Shown here: positions 13,064 to 22,945 of the stretch, piece by piece | How positions within the stretch are numbered: the stretch's first letter is position 1 | How the letters are laid out: every line of letters begins with the position of its first letter | Origin: an uncultured Desulfosarcina sp. | GTDB taxonomy: Bacteria; Desulfobacterota; Desulfobacteria; Desulfobacterales; Desulfosarcinaceae | Length of the DNA: 64,000 nucleotides | Reading direction: 5' to 3' | Assembly: GCA_963674945.2 (NCBI GenBank) | Contig: CAXXWQ010000004.1 | Location: forward strand, 2,944,001 to 3,008,000 | Notes under the pieces: model-generated | What the model saw: the letters and a program-made list of their open reading frames with translations, nothing else | What the model was told of the DNA's origin: nothing | The model's database searches: none | Translations under genes and position numbers: made by a program

Positions 13064-14062
13064 ATGTTTCGATTCGAGTCTCCCTATTTTTTGTTTTTCC
13101 TTTTGCTGGTGCCCGTCATCCTCTGGTACCGGAATCGACGGCATAAGGTGCCCGCCATGGCCACCAGTGCCCTGTTTCCCGTGAAAGCCGTTTTTGCGTC
13201 ACCGTGCCTTCGGCTGCATCGGCTGGTGCCGGCCATCAAGTATCTGGTGCTTTGCCTGCTGGTCGTGGCCGTGGCCCGTCCCCAATGGGGAACCGAAAGA
13301 AGAAACGTGAAGACCGAAGGGATCAACATCGTTCTGGCCATCGACCTTTCCGAAAGCATGGCCGCACTGGATTTCAAGAAAGAAGGTCGTGTGGTCAACC
13401 GGCTGGAAGCGGTAAAAGGCGTGGTCCAGGAGTTCGTGTCCGGTCGAAACGGGGATCGCATCGGCATGGTGGTATTCGGCACCCACGCCTACACACAGCT
13501 TCCCCTGACCCGGGACTACAACACCGTGGTCAGCATGCTGGACCGCCTTGCCATCGGCGCCGCCGGAAAATCCACGGCCATCGGGGATGCCATCGGCATC
13601 TCTTTGAAACGGCTGGCCGACATCGAAAGCAAATCCAATATCATCATCCTGCTCACCGACGGCCAGAGCAATGCCGGAGAGCTCTCGCCGGAAATCGCAG
13701 GAGACATCGCCGTGGAGAAAGGGGTCAAGGTTTATACCATCGGCGTGGGAACCCGGGGAAAGGCCCCCTTTTTGATCAACGACCCGCTTTTCGGCCAGCG
13801 GTATGTCTACCAGCAGGTAAACATCGACGAAGAGACCCTTCGAAACGTTGCCGACCGGACCGGGGGGCTCTACTTTCGGGCAGAGGACCTGGCGGAACTG
13901 GAACAGGTTTACAAGGCCATCGACGCCATGGAGACCACCGAAGTCCAGGTGGAGATCTTCGCCGACTACAACGAGATCTATCCCTGGCTGCTGATTCCGT
14001 CCCTGGTGCTTTTGTCCGTTTACCTTCTTTTGCGCAACACGAGGTATCTTGTCGTGCCATGA
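13064..14062 (+). CDS. batA: BatA-like VWA membrane protein
   Basis: N-terminal BatA TM segment, ARPQWG, MIDAS DLSESM, TAIGDAI, LLTDG. Confidence 0.88.
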   Translation: MFRFESPYFLFFLLLVPVILWYRNRRHKVPAMATSALFPVKAVFASPCLRLHRLVPAIKYLVLCLLVVAVARPQWGTERRNVKTEGINIVLAIDLSESMAALDFKKEGRVVNRLEAVKGVVQEFVSGRNGDRIGMVVFGTHAYTQLPLTRDYNTVVSMLDRLAIGAAGKSTAIGDAIGISLKRLADIESKSNIIILLTDGQSNAGELSPEIAGDIAVEKGVKVYTIGVGTRGKAPFLINDPLFGQRYVYQQVNIDEETLRNVADRTGGLYFRAEDLAELEQVYKAIDAMETTEVQVEIFADYNEIYPWLLIPSLVLLSVYLLLRNTRYLVVP

Positions 14063-15882
14063 ACTTTTTTCGAACCGAAATGCTTTTTTTCATCTGGGCC
14101 ATCCCGGTGCTGTTTCTGGTGATCCTCTACGGCATGCGACGGCGAAAGGCGATCATGGAGCGGTTCGCATCCGCCCACGGGCTGTCGGTCATCGCACCGG
14201 ATCAGGTGGGGCCCCGTCGGTGGATCAAGGCGAGTCTGGTCCTGGGTGCCGTTCTGTTTGGCGCCGTGGCCCTGGCGGGCCCCAAGTACGGGTACCGTTG
14301 GCAGGAGATTCACCAGCGGGGCGTGGATATCGTCATCGCACTGGACTGTTCCCGCTCCATGACCGCAGCCGACATCCAGCCCACACGGCTGGAGCGGGCG
14401 AAACGGGAGGTCTTCGATCTGCTCACCATGCTGAAAGGGGACAGGGTGGCGCTGGTGGCCTTCGCCGGAACGGCTTTTCTCCAGTGTCCGCTGACTTTGG
14501 ATTACGAGTCGTTCAACCTTTTTCTCGACACCTTGTCGCCCGACTACCTGCCCGTGGGCGGAACCAATATCACCGCCGCCCTGACCACGGCAATGGAGAG
14601 TTTCGATCCCGAGAGCGCCACGGAAAAAGCCGTTATTCTCATCACGGACGGGGAGAATACGGGCCAGGGAGACCCGGTAAAGGCCGCCCAGGATCTCAAG
14701 GAGAAAGAGATCAAGCTGTTTTGTATCGGCGTGGGCAAGGAGGAGGGCGTTCCCATCACCGAACCGGATGGCGGATTCAAGAAGGACAGAAAGGGACAGA
14801 TCATCCTCTCCCGCCTGGACGAACACACCCTCAAACAGTTGGCGGTGGTCACCGGCGGAACCTATGTGCGCAGCGTGGCCGGCGACATGGATCTGGACGC
14901 CATCTACACCGACGAAATCCGGGGAAAGATGGAAGCCTCGGAGCTGGCTTCGGGTCGCAAACAGATATGGGAGGACCGCTTTCAGTGGCCCCTGGCCCTT
15001 TCCATCCTCTGTCTGGTGGCCGAATTGATGCTGCCCGTGACCCGGAAAACGGCTGTCGTCCTGGCCGCGGTGATTATTCTCTCGTTTCCGGCCGGTCAAA
15101 CGGCCCGTGCCGACGAGACCCGTGACGGTATCGATGCCTATGAAAAGGGCGAATTCGATACGGCTCTGAAGCATTTCGTGGACGCCCAACTCGAGGCGCC
15201 GGACCGGGCCGAAAGACTTTACAACGTGGCCGATGCCTACTATAAAACGGGCAATTTCGATGCGGCGGCCGATCACTACCAGCAGGTGCTGGAAACGGAC
15301 GACGAAGCGCTCAAGAAAAAGGCCCTGTTCAATCTGGGCAACACCGAATTTCGCCGGGGGAACGGAGAGAAAGCCATGGAACATTACGAATCGGTCCTCT
15401 CCATGGATCCCGATGATCGACTGGCAAAGGAGAACCTGGAATTCGTAAAACAGGCGCTGACCCAACAGAAGCAGCAACAGCAATCCCAAGAGGGCCAAAA
15501 GGATAAGGATCAAAAGGATTCGGACCAGGACCGGAAGGACAAGGGCCAGGGCGACGAATCGAAGCAGGAACAACAACCGGAACAGCAGAAGTCCCAGGAC
15601 GGCCAGGAGCAGCAATCTTCCGACGAAGGAAATCAGGAAGAGCAGCAATCCCCCGAATTCGGAGATGAAATGGACGACGAGCAGGCCCAGGCAGGCCAGC
15701 AGCCGCAACCGTCCCAGGAAGATGCGGGGGATGAATCCAAACGCCCGGAACAATCGGCCCAGGCCGGAGATCTCCAGAAAGATCCCGGACAGGCCGAGCG
15801 AATGCTCAACCGCCTGAAGGATGAGCCGGGAAGGGCGATGATGCCGAATACAGGAAAACAAAGGGTGGACAAGGATTGGTGA
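14059..15882 (+). CDS. batB: BatB-like VWA protein fused to a BatC-like TPR region and Q/D/E-rich tail
   Basis: ATG 14059 overlaps the batA stop; LAGPKYG, DCSRSM MIDAS, ITDGE; TPR repeats (YNVADAYYK, FNLGNTEFR); acidic Q-rich linker; terminal KDW. Confidence 0.85.
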   Translation: MNFFRTEMLFFIWAIPVLFLVILYGMRRRKAIMERFASAHGLSVIAPDQVGPRRWIKASLVLGAVLFGAVALAGPKYGYRWQEIHQRGVDIVIALDCSRSMTAADIQPTRLERAKREVFDLLTMLKGDRVALVAFAGTAFLQCPLTLDYESFNLFLDTLSPDYLPVGGTNITAALTTAMESFDPESATEKAVILITDGENTGQGDPVKAAQDLKEKEIKLFCIGVGKEEGVPITEPDGGFKKDRKGQIILSRLDEHTLKQLAVVTGGTYVRSVAGDMDLDAIYTDEIRGKMEASELASGRKQIWEDRFQWPLALSILCLVAELMLPVTRKTAVVLAAVIILSFPAGQTARADETRDGIDAYEKGEFDTALKHFVDAQLEAPDRAERLYNVADAYYKTGNFDAAADHYQQVLETDDEALKKKALFNLGNTEFRRGNGEKAMEHYESVLSMDPDDRLAKENLEFVKQALTQQKQQQQSQEGQKDKDQKDSDQDRKDKGQGDESKQEQQPEQQKSQDGQEQQSSDEGNQEEQQSPEFGDEMDDEQAQAGQQPQPSQEDAGDESKRPEQSAQAGDLQKDPGQAERMLNRLKDEPGRAMMPNTGKQRVDKDW

Positions 15883-15933
15883 TATTAAAGGGCTGTTTTA
15901 TCTACCATAGAGAGCACAGAGAAAACCCAAGGG

Positions 15934-16100
15934 AAATAACAATGTCCAAATCACAAATTCCAAACAAATTACAATACCCAATTTTTGAAATTCCAAACGA
16001 CAAAACCGAGAAAAATAGGGGTTGTGCATCGAGCGTTGGTATCGTTTGATATTTGATCATTGGAATTTATTTGTAATTTGATGCTTGGGATTTGTAATTT
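15934..16100. repeat. AT-rich hairpin built from roughly 7-nt CAAAT(T/C)(A/C)-like repeats
   Basis: Left arm 15934-16000 is an imperfect inverted complement of right arm 16042-16100; about 41-bp spacer. Confidence 0.8.
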
Positions 16101-16139
16101 TAATTCTGTGGTTGGTCTTCTGCCATAGGTGAAGTCAAC

Positions 16140-17906
16140 GTGGTAAAAACGAGAAAAACACGTACCAATACGATGACCGCGGTCAGAAGTTTGATGATGG
16201 TGTTGTTGGTTCTGGCCTGCGCATCGGAAGCGGCACAGGCCGCAACCGTTCGTGCCCTGGTGGACCGTGACCGCGTCATGGTGGGGGAATCCATCTCCCT
16301 GCAGGTGATCATCGACGGGGGCGACGGCGAGGTGGATCTGTCCGGGCTCACCGATTTCAAGACCATTTCCAGGGGAACCAGCAGCAGTTTCCAGATGATC
16401 AACGGCCGTACGTCGCGGCAGTTGACCCATAATTACGTCATCATTCCCACAAAGACCGGCGAATTGACCATTTCGGCGATTTCCGTGACCATTGACGGCA
16501 AGGTTTCCTACACGCGCCCCATCCGCGTTTTTGTCACCGAGCAGCCACCGGCGGACAGCGGCCGGCGCGATGTCTATGTAACCGCCGAGGTCTCCGAAAC
16601 ATCGCCATGGCGCGGCCAGCAGTTCGTGTACACGTTTCGACTCTTCAACAGTGTGCAGGTAGCCGATGCCAAGTTCCAAGCCCCTGAATTTACAGGCTTC
16701 AACGCCGAGCAGTTGGAAGATCAGAAGACCTATCGAAAGGTCATCAACGGCCGGGAGTTCATGGTCAGCGAGGTGGTCATTGTTCTGGTTCCCGTCAAAT
16801 CAGGCGTGCTCACCATCGAACCGGCAGTCCTCCAGGTGGGCGTCGTGCAACGAGGCCGCCAGCCAGGTCCGTTTTCCGGCATGGACGCCTTCTTCGGGCG
16901 AAGGGAGACCACCACCCGCATTCTCGAAACCAAGCCCATTGAGATCCGGGTCCGGGACCTGCCGCCACCGCCTGGCGGAACGGCATTCTCCGGCCTGGTG
17001 GGCCGGTTCGAACTCACCGCGACCCTGGACAATGCGGCCATTCAAGAGGCCGATTCAGCCACGCTGACGGTCACCATCCAGGGGCGGGGCAACATCATGG
17101 ATGCCACGGCACCGGTCATCCCCTCCCCCCAGTCCTTCAAGACCTATGCGGATAACCCGGAGGAGGAGATCCAATTGGGGCGTAAGGGGTACTCGGGCAG
17201 GAAGATCTTTCGTACCGCCCTGGTGCCGGTAACCGCCGGCCAGTTTACCATCGACCCCATCTTTCTAACCTACTTCGACGTGGAGACGGCGGAATATCGC
17301 ACCCTGACCACCGAAGCCCTGGCCATCCATGTCTCCCCTTCGGACAAGGATGTGACCGACGCCGAGGTGTTCCGTGCCGCCCCCACGCCATCCTTGAACC
17401 TGAAGAAAAGCGTGGAGTTTACCGGCCGGGATATCCTGCCCCTCAAAACGGATCTGGCGGCCATCGAGTCTATTCACACCATGAGACCACTGTGGTTCGC
17501 CTTGCTCATGGCTCTGCCGGTCTTGATCTTTGCCGCAGCCATGGTGTTGACGAAGTTTTCCAGAAAGGACGACAGACCGGAAAAAATCATGGGTGACCGG
17601 GCGAAACAGGCATTGAAGGCGGCTACGGGATCCGGTGCGACGGACGGCGACTTTCTCTCGGCCCTTCACAGGGCACTTGTTTCGGCCATCTGCAGCCGGC
17701 AGGGTGCCATGGGAGCCTCTTTGACCTGGGCCGAAGCCAGGGACCGGCTTTCCGATCTGGGGTGGCGTGAAGAGGATGCCGCCGACACGGCAAGGCTTCT
17801 GGAAACGATCGAATCTTTCAACTACTCCGGAGAAACGCTGGACGAGAACAAGCGGGCGGATCTCCTGGACCGGACCCGCAGGGCGGTCCGGCAGCTGATC
17901 CGATGA
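16140..17906 (+). CDS. batD: BatD-family protein
   Basis: Signal peptide, SSSFQMING, FSGLVGRF, C-terminal TM segment; position in the bat operon (alternative start 16173). Confidence 0.85.
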   Translation: MVKTRKTRTNTMTAVRSLMMVLLVLACASEAAQAATVRALVDRDRVMVGESISLQVIIDGGDGEVDLSGLTDFKTISRGTSSSFQMINGRTSRQLTHNYVIIPTKTGELTISAISVTIDGKVSYTRPIRVFVTEQPPADSGRRDVYVTAEVSETSPWRGQQFVYTFRLFNSVQVADAKFQAPEFTGFNAEQLEDQKTYRKVINGREFMVSEVVIVLVPVKSGVLTIEPAVLQVGVVQRGRQPGPFSGMDAFFGRRETTTRILETKPIEIRVRDLPPPPGGTAFSGLVGRFELTATLDNAAIQEADSATLTVTIQGRGNIMDATAPVIPSPQSFKTYADNPEEEIQLGRKGYSGRKIFRTALVPVTAGQFTIDPIFLTYFDVETAEYRTLTTEALAIHVSPSDKDVTDAEVFRAAPTPSLNLKKSVEFTGRDILPLKTDLAAIESIHTMRPLWFALLMALPVLIFAAAMVLTKFSRKDDRPEKIMGDRAKQALKAATGSGATDGDFLSALHRALVSAICSRQGAMGASLTWAEARDRLSDLGWREEDAADTARLLETIESFNYSGETLDENKRADLLDRTRRAVRQLIR

Positions 17907-18685
17907 ATCGAAAAGACATGGCAAATGTGACGAAATGTTGGCTGCGTGTCGTGTGTATGGTGTTGTGGGTGGCCCTGGTCTTCTGCCCGACCGCCCAGGC
18001 ATCCAAGGCGGCACGCACCTTCATGGACGGAACCGAGGCATACGGCAACGGCGACTGGCCGTCGGCCATCGACGCCTTCGAACGCCTGGCCGACCAGGGG
18101 ATCGACAATGGAATGCTCTTTTACAACCTGGGCAACGCCTACCTGAAAAACGACGACCTGGGCCATGCCCTTCTCTGGTATGAACGGGCGAAAAATCTCA
18201 TTCCCGACGATCCCGATCTTCGCTTCAACTACGAATACGCCCTGACGCTCCTCAAGGACGAACAGGGAGAAATCACATCCCCACTGCTTCGCATTCTCTT
18301 CTTCTGGAAGTATCAGATGAGTCCTTCCTCCGTTCTCTGGGTGGCCATTGTCCTCAACGCCGCCCTCTGGATCGCCCTGTCCGTTCTGGCGATCCGCAAA
18401 AAACATCTTCTTCGACCCAGCATCGTGCTCCTTGCCGCCGGAACCCTCCTGTTTACCGCCACGGCACTGTATAACGGGTATGAGGCCGCAAGAATTCACC
18501 ACGCCGTCATTCTGCCAGAAGCGGTGTCCGTCCGTTCCGGTTTCACAGACAGCGCCACCGAACTGTTCGTCCTTCACGCCGGCACCAAGGTCCGCGTCCA
18601 GCGCGAATCGGAACGCCACATCATGATCCGTTATACCAAGGACAAGATCGGGTGGGTGAAGCGGGGTGAAATCGGGGTGATTTGA
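17903..18685 (+). CDS. batE: BatE-like TPR + SH3 protein
   Basis: FYNLGNAYLK, A.LWYERA, two TM segments, LF.LHAGTKV...GWV SH3-like end. Confidence 0.85.
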   Translation: MNRKDMANVTKCWLRVVCMVLWVALVFCPTAQASKAARTFMDGTEAYGNGDWPSAIDAFERLADQGIDNGMLFYNLGNAYLKNDDLGHALLWYERAKNLIPDDPDLRFNYEYALTLLKDEQGEITSPLLRILFFWKYQMSPSSVLWVAIVLNAALWIALSVLAIRKKHLLRPSIVLLAAGTLLFTATALYNGYEAARIHHAVILPEAVSVRSGFTDSATELFVLHAGTKVRVQRESERHIMIRYTKDKIGWVKRGEIGVI

Positions 18686-18939
18686 CGTAGACGGCCAAGT
18701 CCCAAACGCCCCCATTCCATCGTAACGGAAGTCCGAGATGACAAGAAGCCCCTCAACCGCCGATTGTCAGTCAATTTTATCATCCCATGATCTTCCCCCT
18801 CACCAGCTTATGCTAAGTGCAAATAACTTTTTATTTCATTGACATAACGGTCATTCGTCGCTTAAACGAAACAAATGGCGAAAATGTAATTCCATTCCGC
18901 CGTTATCGCGCCATGCACGTTTGTTTACACACTACGAGA

Positions 18940-19092
18940 TCTAAAATAATTATTGAATTGTTATCGGACGATTTAGACCAATAACAATCGAAATTAAGGG
19001 TGTTATTGGCCTGATGAGACCAAAGAATATCATTAGGCGTCCATCTATACGTTAAATAATACGTCTATCGGGCCGTCGAAACGTTACTAGGT
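18940..19092 (+). other. Putative integron attI-like region, interrupted by an IS
   Basis: AT-rich with several GTT-core-like motifs (gttatcg, gttattg, gttaaat). Removing the IS restores ...aaacgttactagGTTAGAG directly ahead of the first cassette. Confidence 0.4.
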
Positions 19093-21550
19093 TCAGGAAA
19101 CTTGATTTCCTAATTGTTGCATATGGCAAGCAAAACATAATGTAAGTGGTTGAAAAACAGAAAGATAGGAGTCTGAATCCAGCAGGCCGGTAAGGTATTG
19201 CAACCGGAAAATGAACATGGCACCTTTAACCTTATTATCTTGGCGGATAAATGAAAGGAAAAGGATGCCATGCCTCAACAGATACTACCACTTATTCCTC
19301 GCGGTGCAAGACAAATCAACGGGCTTGTCAGTGTATTTCGTGACGATACGACCTGGACCTATTTTCTATCGACCGTTCCGATTTATTCTCACAGACAAGG
19401 CGATCAACGAATGTTTCGGATGATAACAGCCCAACTGGTTGAATCCGGAGCTTGCCGCCAGATCGATATCCAAAACACATTCGGCGTATCCAAGAGCAAT
19501 GTCATCCGATCCGTGAACAAACTCAGGTCCGGCGGCGCCGAGGCATTTTTCGTTCAGCGGCGGGGACGACGCGGCGGCAAGGTTTTCAAACCTGAGGTGC
19601 TTGAACAAGCCCAACGTTTACTGGATCAAGGGTGCTCGAAAAAAGATGCCGCCCTGGAACTTGGCATTAAATACGATACGTTTCGCAAAGCTATAGATGA
19701 TGGTCGGTTAATCGAATCAAGGATTGGTGAACCGTGTCTAACCAAATCAGATCGGGACATGGTCGACATGGCTGCTGCCGATGGTATGGGGACGGCTTGC
19801 AACCGAGTCGGGGAACGCATATTGGCATCATTGGGCAAAATGGTTGGTGCGCCGGTTCGTTTTGACAGATGCCTGGACGTTCCCAAAGCAGGCGTTCTTT
19901 GTGCGATACCGTCATTGGTGGCAAACGGGTTGTTTACCGGCGCAAAACAGTTCCTCGGCCAAGTCAAAGGCTATTACACGATCTTTCATGTCTTGTTGCT
20001 GCTTTCGTTTATGGCCTTATGCAGGATCAAGACGACAGAAAAAATACGAGGCCATGCTCCGGGAGAATTTGGTAAGTTATTGGGCTTGGATCGTGCACCG
20101 GAGGTTCGCTGTTTGCGTTACAAGATGGATGCGTTGAGCGCAGACCACGGCGCGGAAAAGTGGGCCGCATACCTCGGTAAATACTGGATGGAACAGGCGC
20201 CCGAATCGGTTGGCGCGCTTTATGTTGACGGGCATGTACGTGTTTATCATGGAAAATTGACCCGACTACCGCGCCGCTACGTGTCCCGGGAACGATTGTG
20301 CATGAGGGGCATTACCGACTATTGGGTTAACGATGCGATTGGCCGACCTTTTTTTGTCGTCGAAAAGCAGATCGATCCTGGATTATTGGCGGTTTTAAGA
20401 GACGATATCGTTCCCCGGTTGTTGCAAGACGTTCCGAATCAACCCGGTTTGCAGCAACTACAAGAGAACCCATGTTTATGCCGGTTCGTTCTTGTTTTCG
20501 ACAGGGAAGGATATAGTCCCGCATTCTTCAAGGAAATGTGGGATCGCCATCGAATCGGCTGCATGACGTATCATAAGCATCCTGGTGAATCATGGCCGGA
20601 GCATTGGTTCACCGAGTATGAAGTTGCGATGCCAAACAAAGAGGTGGTGAAGATGCGGCTTTGCGAAATGGGTAGTTTGGTGGGATCTGGTAAGGGTGCA
20701 ACATGGATGCGACAAGTGCGAAAACTGACCGATTCCGGACACCAGACCAGCGTAATCAGCACCGCTTTCGATTTGCCGCATACTCAATTGGCAGCACGCA
20801 TGTTCAGCCGGTGGTGTCAGGAAAACTTTTTCAACTATATGATGCAACATTTTGATATCGATGTGCTTTTAGATTATGGTGTCGTTGAATTTCCTGATAC
20901 CGAACGGGTAATCAACCCCGTTTGGCGGCAATTGAATCAATCCCGTAATTCGTTGCAGAACAAGCTACGATATCGTCGTGCCTGTTTTGCCGAGATGACC
21001 ATTCACCCTGAAAATGAAGACAAACCGGTAAAGTTTAAGAAGTGGATAGAGAAAAAGGCCGAGCTGTTAGAAGAAATCGAAAAGATGGAGTATCAACTCA
21101 GCGAGTTGAAAGAAAAACGAAAACAGACAAGTAAACACATCACGTGGGGAGAACTTGAAGCAAAAGATAAATTTTTACGTTTACAACCGGGCAGAAAACG
21201 CCTGATGGACACGGTTCGTATGATTGCATATCGTGCAGAGACGGCAATGGTTGGGTTGCTCACGGGTCCGACGGTAAACTCGTCGGATGCACGGAGTCTT
21301 CTCCAGACACTGTTCCAGACCGAAGGCGATGTACTGCCCGATATTGAAAATCAGCAATTGAATATACGATTGCACGGCGCTTCGTTCCCAGCGGCCAATC
21401 GGGCTCTTTGCCAACTGTTTGCGCATCTGAACAGTGCGCAGGTAAAATACCCCGGTACCGAGCTGCAAATGATATTCGAACTAAATGGCTGCAGCACCTC
21501 AAATCATGCCGGAGGTGTCACATAGTTTTCCCGGAGATGCAGTGTTCTGA
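19093..21550 (+). mobile_element. Insertion sequence (2,458 bp) with one long DDE transposase
   Basis: IRL tcaggaaacttgatttcc versus reverse complement of IRR tcagaacactgcatctcc (13/18 identical); flanked by GGT at 19090-19092 and 21551-21553. Confidence 0.8.
19270..21525 (+). CDS. Putative DDE transposase, 751 aa
   Basis: N-terminal HTH-like regions; candidate catalytic motifs YVDGH, VFDREG, RWCQENFF; coiled-coil insert; fills the IS. Confidence 0.85.
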   Translation: MPQQILPLIPRGARQINGLVSVFRDDTTWTYFLSTVPIYSHRQGDQRMFRMITAQLVESGACRQIDIQNTFGVSKSNVIRSVNKLRSGGAEAFFVQRRGRRGGKVFKPEVLEQAQRLLDQGCSKKDAALELGIKYDTFRKAIDDGRLIESRIGEPCLTKSDRDMVDMAAADGMGTACNRVGERILASLGKMVGAPVRFDRCLDVPKAGVLCAIPSLVANGLFTGAKQFLGQVKGYYTIFHVLLLLSFMALCRIKTTEKIRGHAPGEFGKLLGLDRAPEVRCLRYKMDALSADHGAEKWAAYLGKYWMEQAPESVGALYVDGHVRVYHGKLTRLPRRYVSRERLCMRGITDYWVNDAIGRPFFVVEKQIDPGLLAVLRDDIVPRLLQDVPNQPGLQQLQENPCLCRFVLVFDREGYSPAFFKEMWDRHRIGCMTYHKHPGESWPEHWFTEYEVAMPNKEVVKMRLCEMGSLVGSGKGATWMRQVRKLTDSGHQTSVISTAFDLPHTQLAARMFSRWCQENFFNYMMQHFDIDVLLDYGVVEFPDTERVINPVWRQLNQSRNSLQNKLRYRRACFAEMTIHPENEDKPVKFKKWIEKKAELLEEIEKMEYQLSELKEKRKQTSKHITWGELEAKDKFLRLQPGRKRLMDTVRMIAYRAETAMVGLLTGPTVNSSDARSLLQTLFQTEGDVLPDIENQQLNIRLHGASFPAANRALCQLFAHLNSAQVKYPGTELQMIFELNGCSTSNHAGGVT

Positions 21551-21653
21551 GGTTAGAGCGACCCAGGAAGAGGTCTGAAGTGGCAAGCACGCCACTACCT
21601 ATCGTGAAGGTACTGTGCAATCACAGTGACAACGCGGTCATCGGGGGGGTGTT

Positions 21654-22379
21654 ATGGATGGAAAATCAGCTGTTTGGCGGATGGGTTTATGGTCGGCGGT
21701 GTTCGCATCCATCTTTAGCATCGCCTACGACATCATGCAGATCGGCGAGTGGGTCGGTTTGATGGGATCGGGGGGCGGCCCCGAGAACGACAGCACATGG
21801 TACGGGCTTGTCGTCCTACTCGTCCCGTCACTGTTTCTCGGTATCTCCTTCGTGATCCTGATGGGTAGCGTTCATCGTCAGACGCCGACCGAGAGAAAGA
21901 TCTGGAGTCAAACCGGACTCACGTTCGCGATCATGTACGGCACCCTGATCTGCATGAACTACTACGTGCAGCTTACTCTCGTCGCTCCCGCCCTGTATAG
22001 AGGGGATGTGCCCGAGCATGTGAGACCATTCCTCTTCCACGTCTTCAACTCGTTTATCTACTCTGTAGACCTCCTCGGATACAGCTTCATGAGTCTATCG
22101 ACGCTCTTTGCCGCGTTCGCATTCACCGGACCTGGGGTGGAGAAGGTGGTTCGTTGGTTCCTGATCGCGAACGGTGTCATCGTCCCCTTCGTCGCCCTGC
22201 AAACCTTCTACCACCCAATGATCTGGGGCGCTACGCTGTGGGCGGTCACGCTGCCAGGCTCAACGATTTCCCTCGCTGTGCTGTTCAGAAGGAAGCTCCA
22301 AGCATTGAGAATGAGCCAGGCAGAGCCAGTTGCGTCGATTACCGCAGGCGTTGGGGAGCCAAGAGCAATGGAACTGTAG
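21654..22379 (+). CDS. Hypothetical multi-pass membrane protein (gene cassette 1)
   Basis: 241-aa ORF with about six hydrophobic segments; stop codon 2 bp before the attC-like site. Confidence 0.75.
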   Translation: MDGKSAVWRMGLWSAVFASIFSIAYDIMQIGEWVGLMGSGGGPENDSTWYGLVVLLVPSLFLGISFVILMGSVHRQTPTERKIWSQTGLTFAIMYGTLICMNYYVQLTLVAPALYRGDVPEHVRPFLFHVFNSFIYSVDLLGYSFMSLSTLFAAFAFTGPGVEKVVRWFLIANGVIVPFVALQTFYHPMIWGATLWAVTLPGSTISLAVLFRRKLQALRMSQAEPVASITAGVGEPRAMEL

Positions 22380-22381
22380 CA

Positions 22382-22444
22382 CCCCAACCCATTGATCGTA
22401 AGGACACGCAAAACTACCGCGCGCCTCACAGCAATGCGTTGGGT
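22382..22444 (+). other. attC-like integron recombination site 1
   Basis: CCCCAAC...GTTGGGT (fits GTTRRRY); 63-bp imperfect hairpin (cattg/caatg, gtaagg/cctcac, cgc/gcg); immediately follows a stop codon. Confidence 0.7.
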
Positions 22445-22491
22445 GAGCAAAGGTTTCAGATAGCGTGGAAATAGAATAGGAGTCACTAATC

Positions 22492-22859
22492 ATGCAGAAT
22501 AATCTTGATATTGCAAAGAGATATTGAAATCAGGTGAAGTAAGCCGATTTCATAAAGTCGCCTCAGATGAAATTTGGAATTTGTATCAAGGTTTCGGAGT
22601 CAATCTTTTTACTTGGGATGGATCTGAAACGCCTCCTCGTTGCACAACATTGTCGGCAAGTGACAACTGTTTTTGCCATGTTGTCCCTGCGGGTATATGG
22701 CAAGCAGCGGAACCAATTTCAGAAGACGTCTTGGTTGGATGTTCAGTTGCGCCCGGTTTTGAATTTTCAGATTTCCAATTACTTGATCCAATCTCAATGG
22801 AAGCGGAACAGTTACTATCTGTCGCCCCTGAGATGGAAAAATATATTCCTTTAACCTAA
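22492..22859 (+). pseudogene. Cupin_5 (DUF985-like) cassette gene with internal deletion/frameshift
   Basis: AGGAG RBS and ATG 22492 give MQNNLDIAKRY*. The cupin core (SRFHKVASDEIW..Y.G, VPAGIWQAA, VGCSVAPGFEFSDF) continues in another frame; the usual HPEGG segment is absent. Confidence 0.7.
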
Positions 22860-22917
22860 ATAACGACGCTTTTTCGGCGGATCATAAAAGCGCACCCGCA
22901 AAAATGCGTCGTCAGTA
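22858..22917 (+). other. Degenerate attC-like site 2
   Basis: AAATAAC-gacgc-ttttt-cggcgg...ccgc-aaaaa-tgcgtc-GTC hairpin; R' core is GTC rather than GTT; overlaps the cupin stop. Confidence 0.6.
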
Positions 22918-22945
22918 TCAACGGTTCTTACACATAGGAATTTCT

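Noticed and set aside
13204..14058. N-terminal extension giving an 892-aa ORF
   Set aside because: Overlaps batA in another frame and is Arg/Gly-rich nonsense; the real start is ATG 14059, coupled to the batA stop.
14020..15861. 613-aa antisense ORF with Leu-rich stretch
   Set aside because: Shadow of batB; the Leu runs mirror the Gln/Glu/Lys-rich linker.
15934..16100. CRISPR array
   Set aside because: Repeats are short, degenerate and inverted, with no unique spacers; no cas genes in the window.
18842..18908. ataacgg...ccgttat as a further attC site
   Set aside because: Only the terminal 7 bp pair, the R boxes fit poorly, and no ORF ends directly before it.
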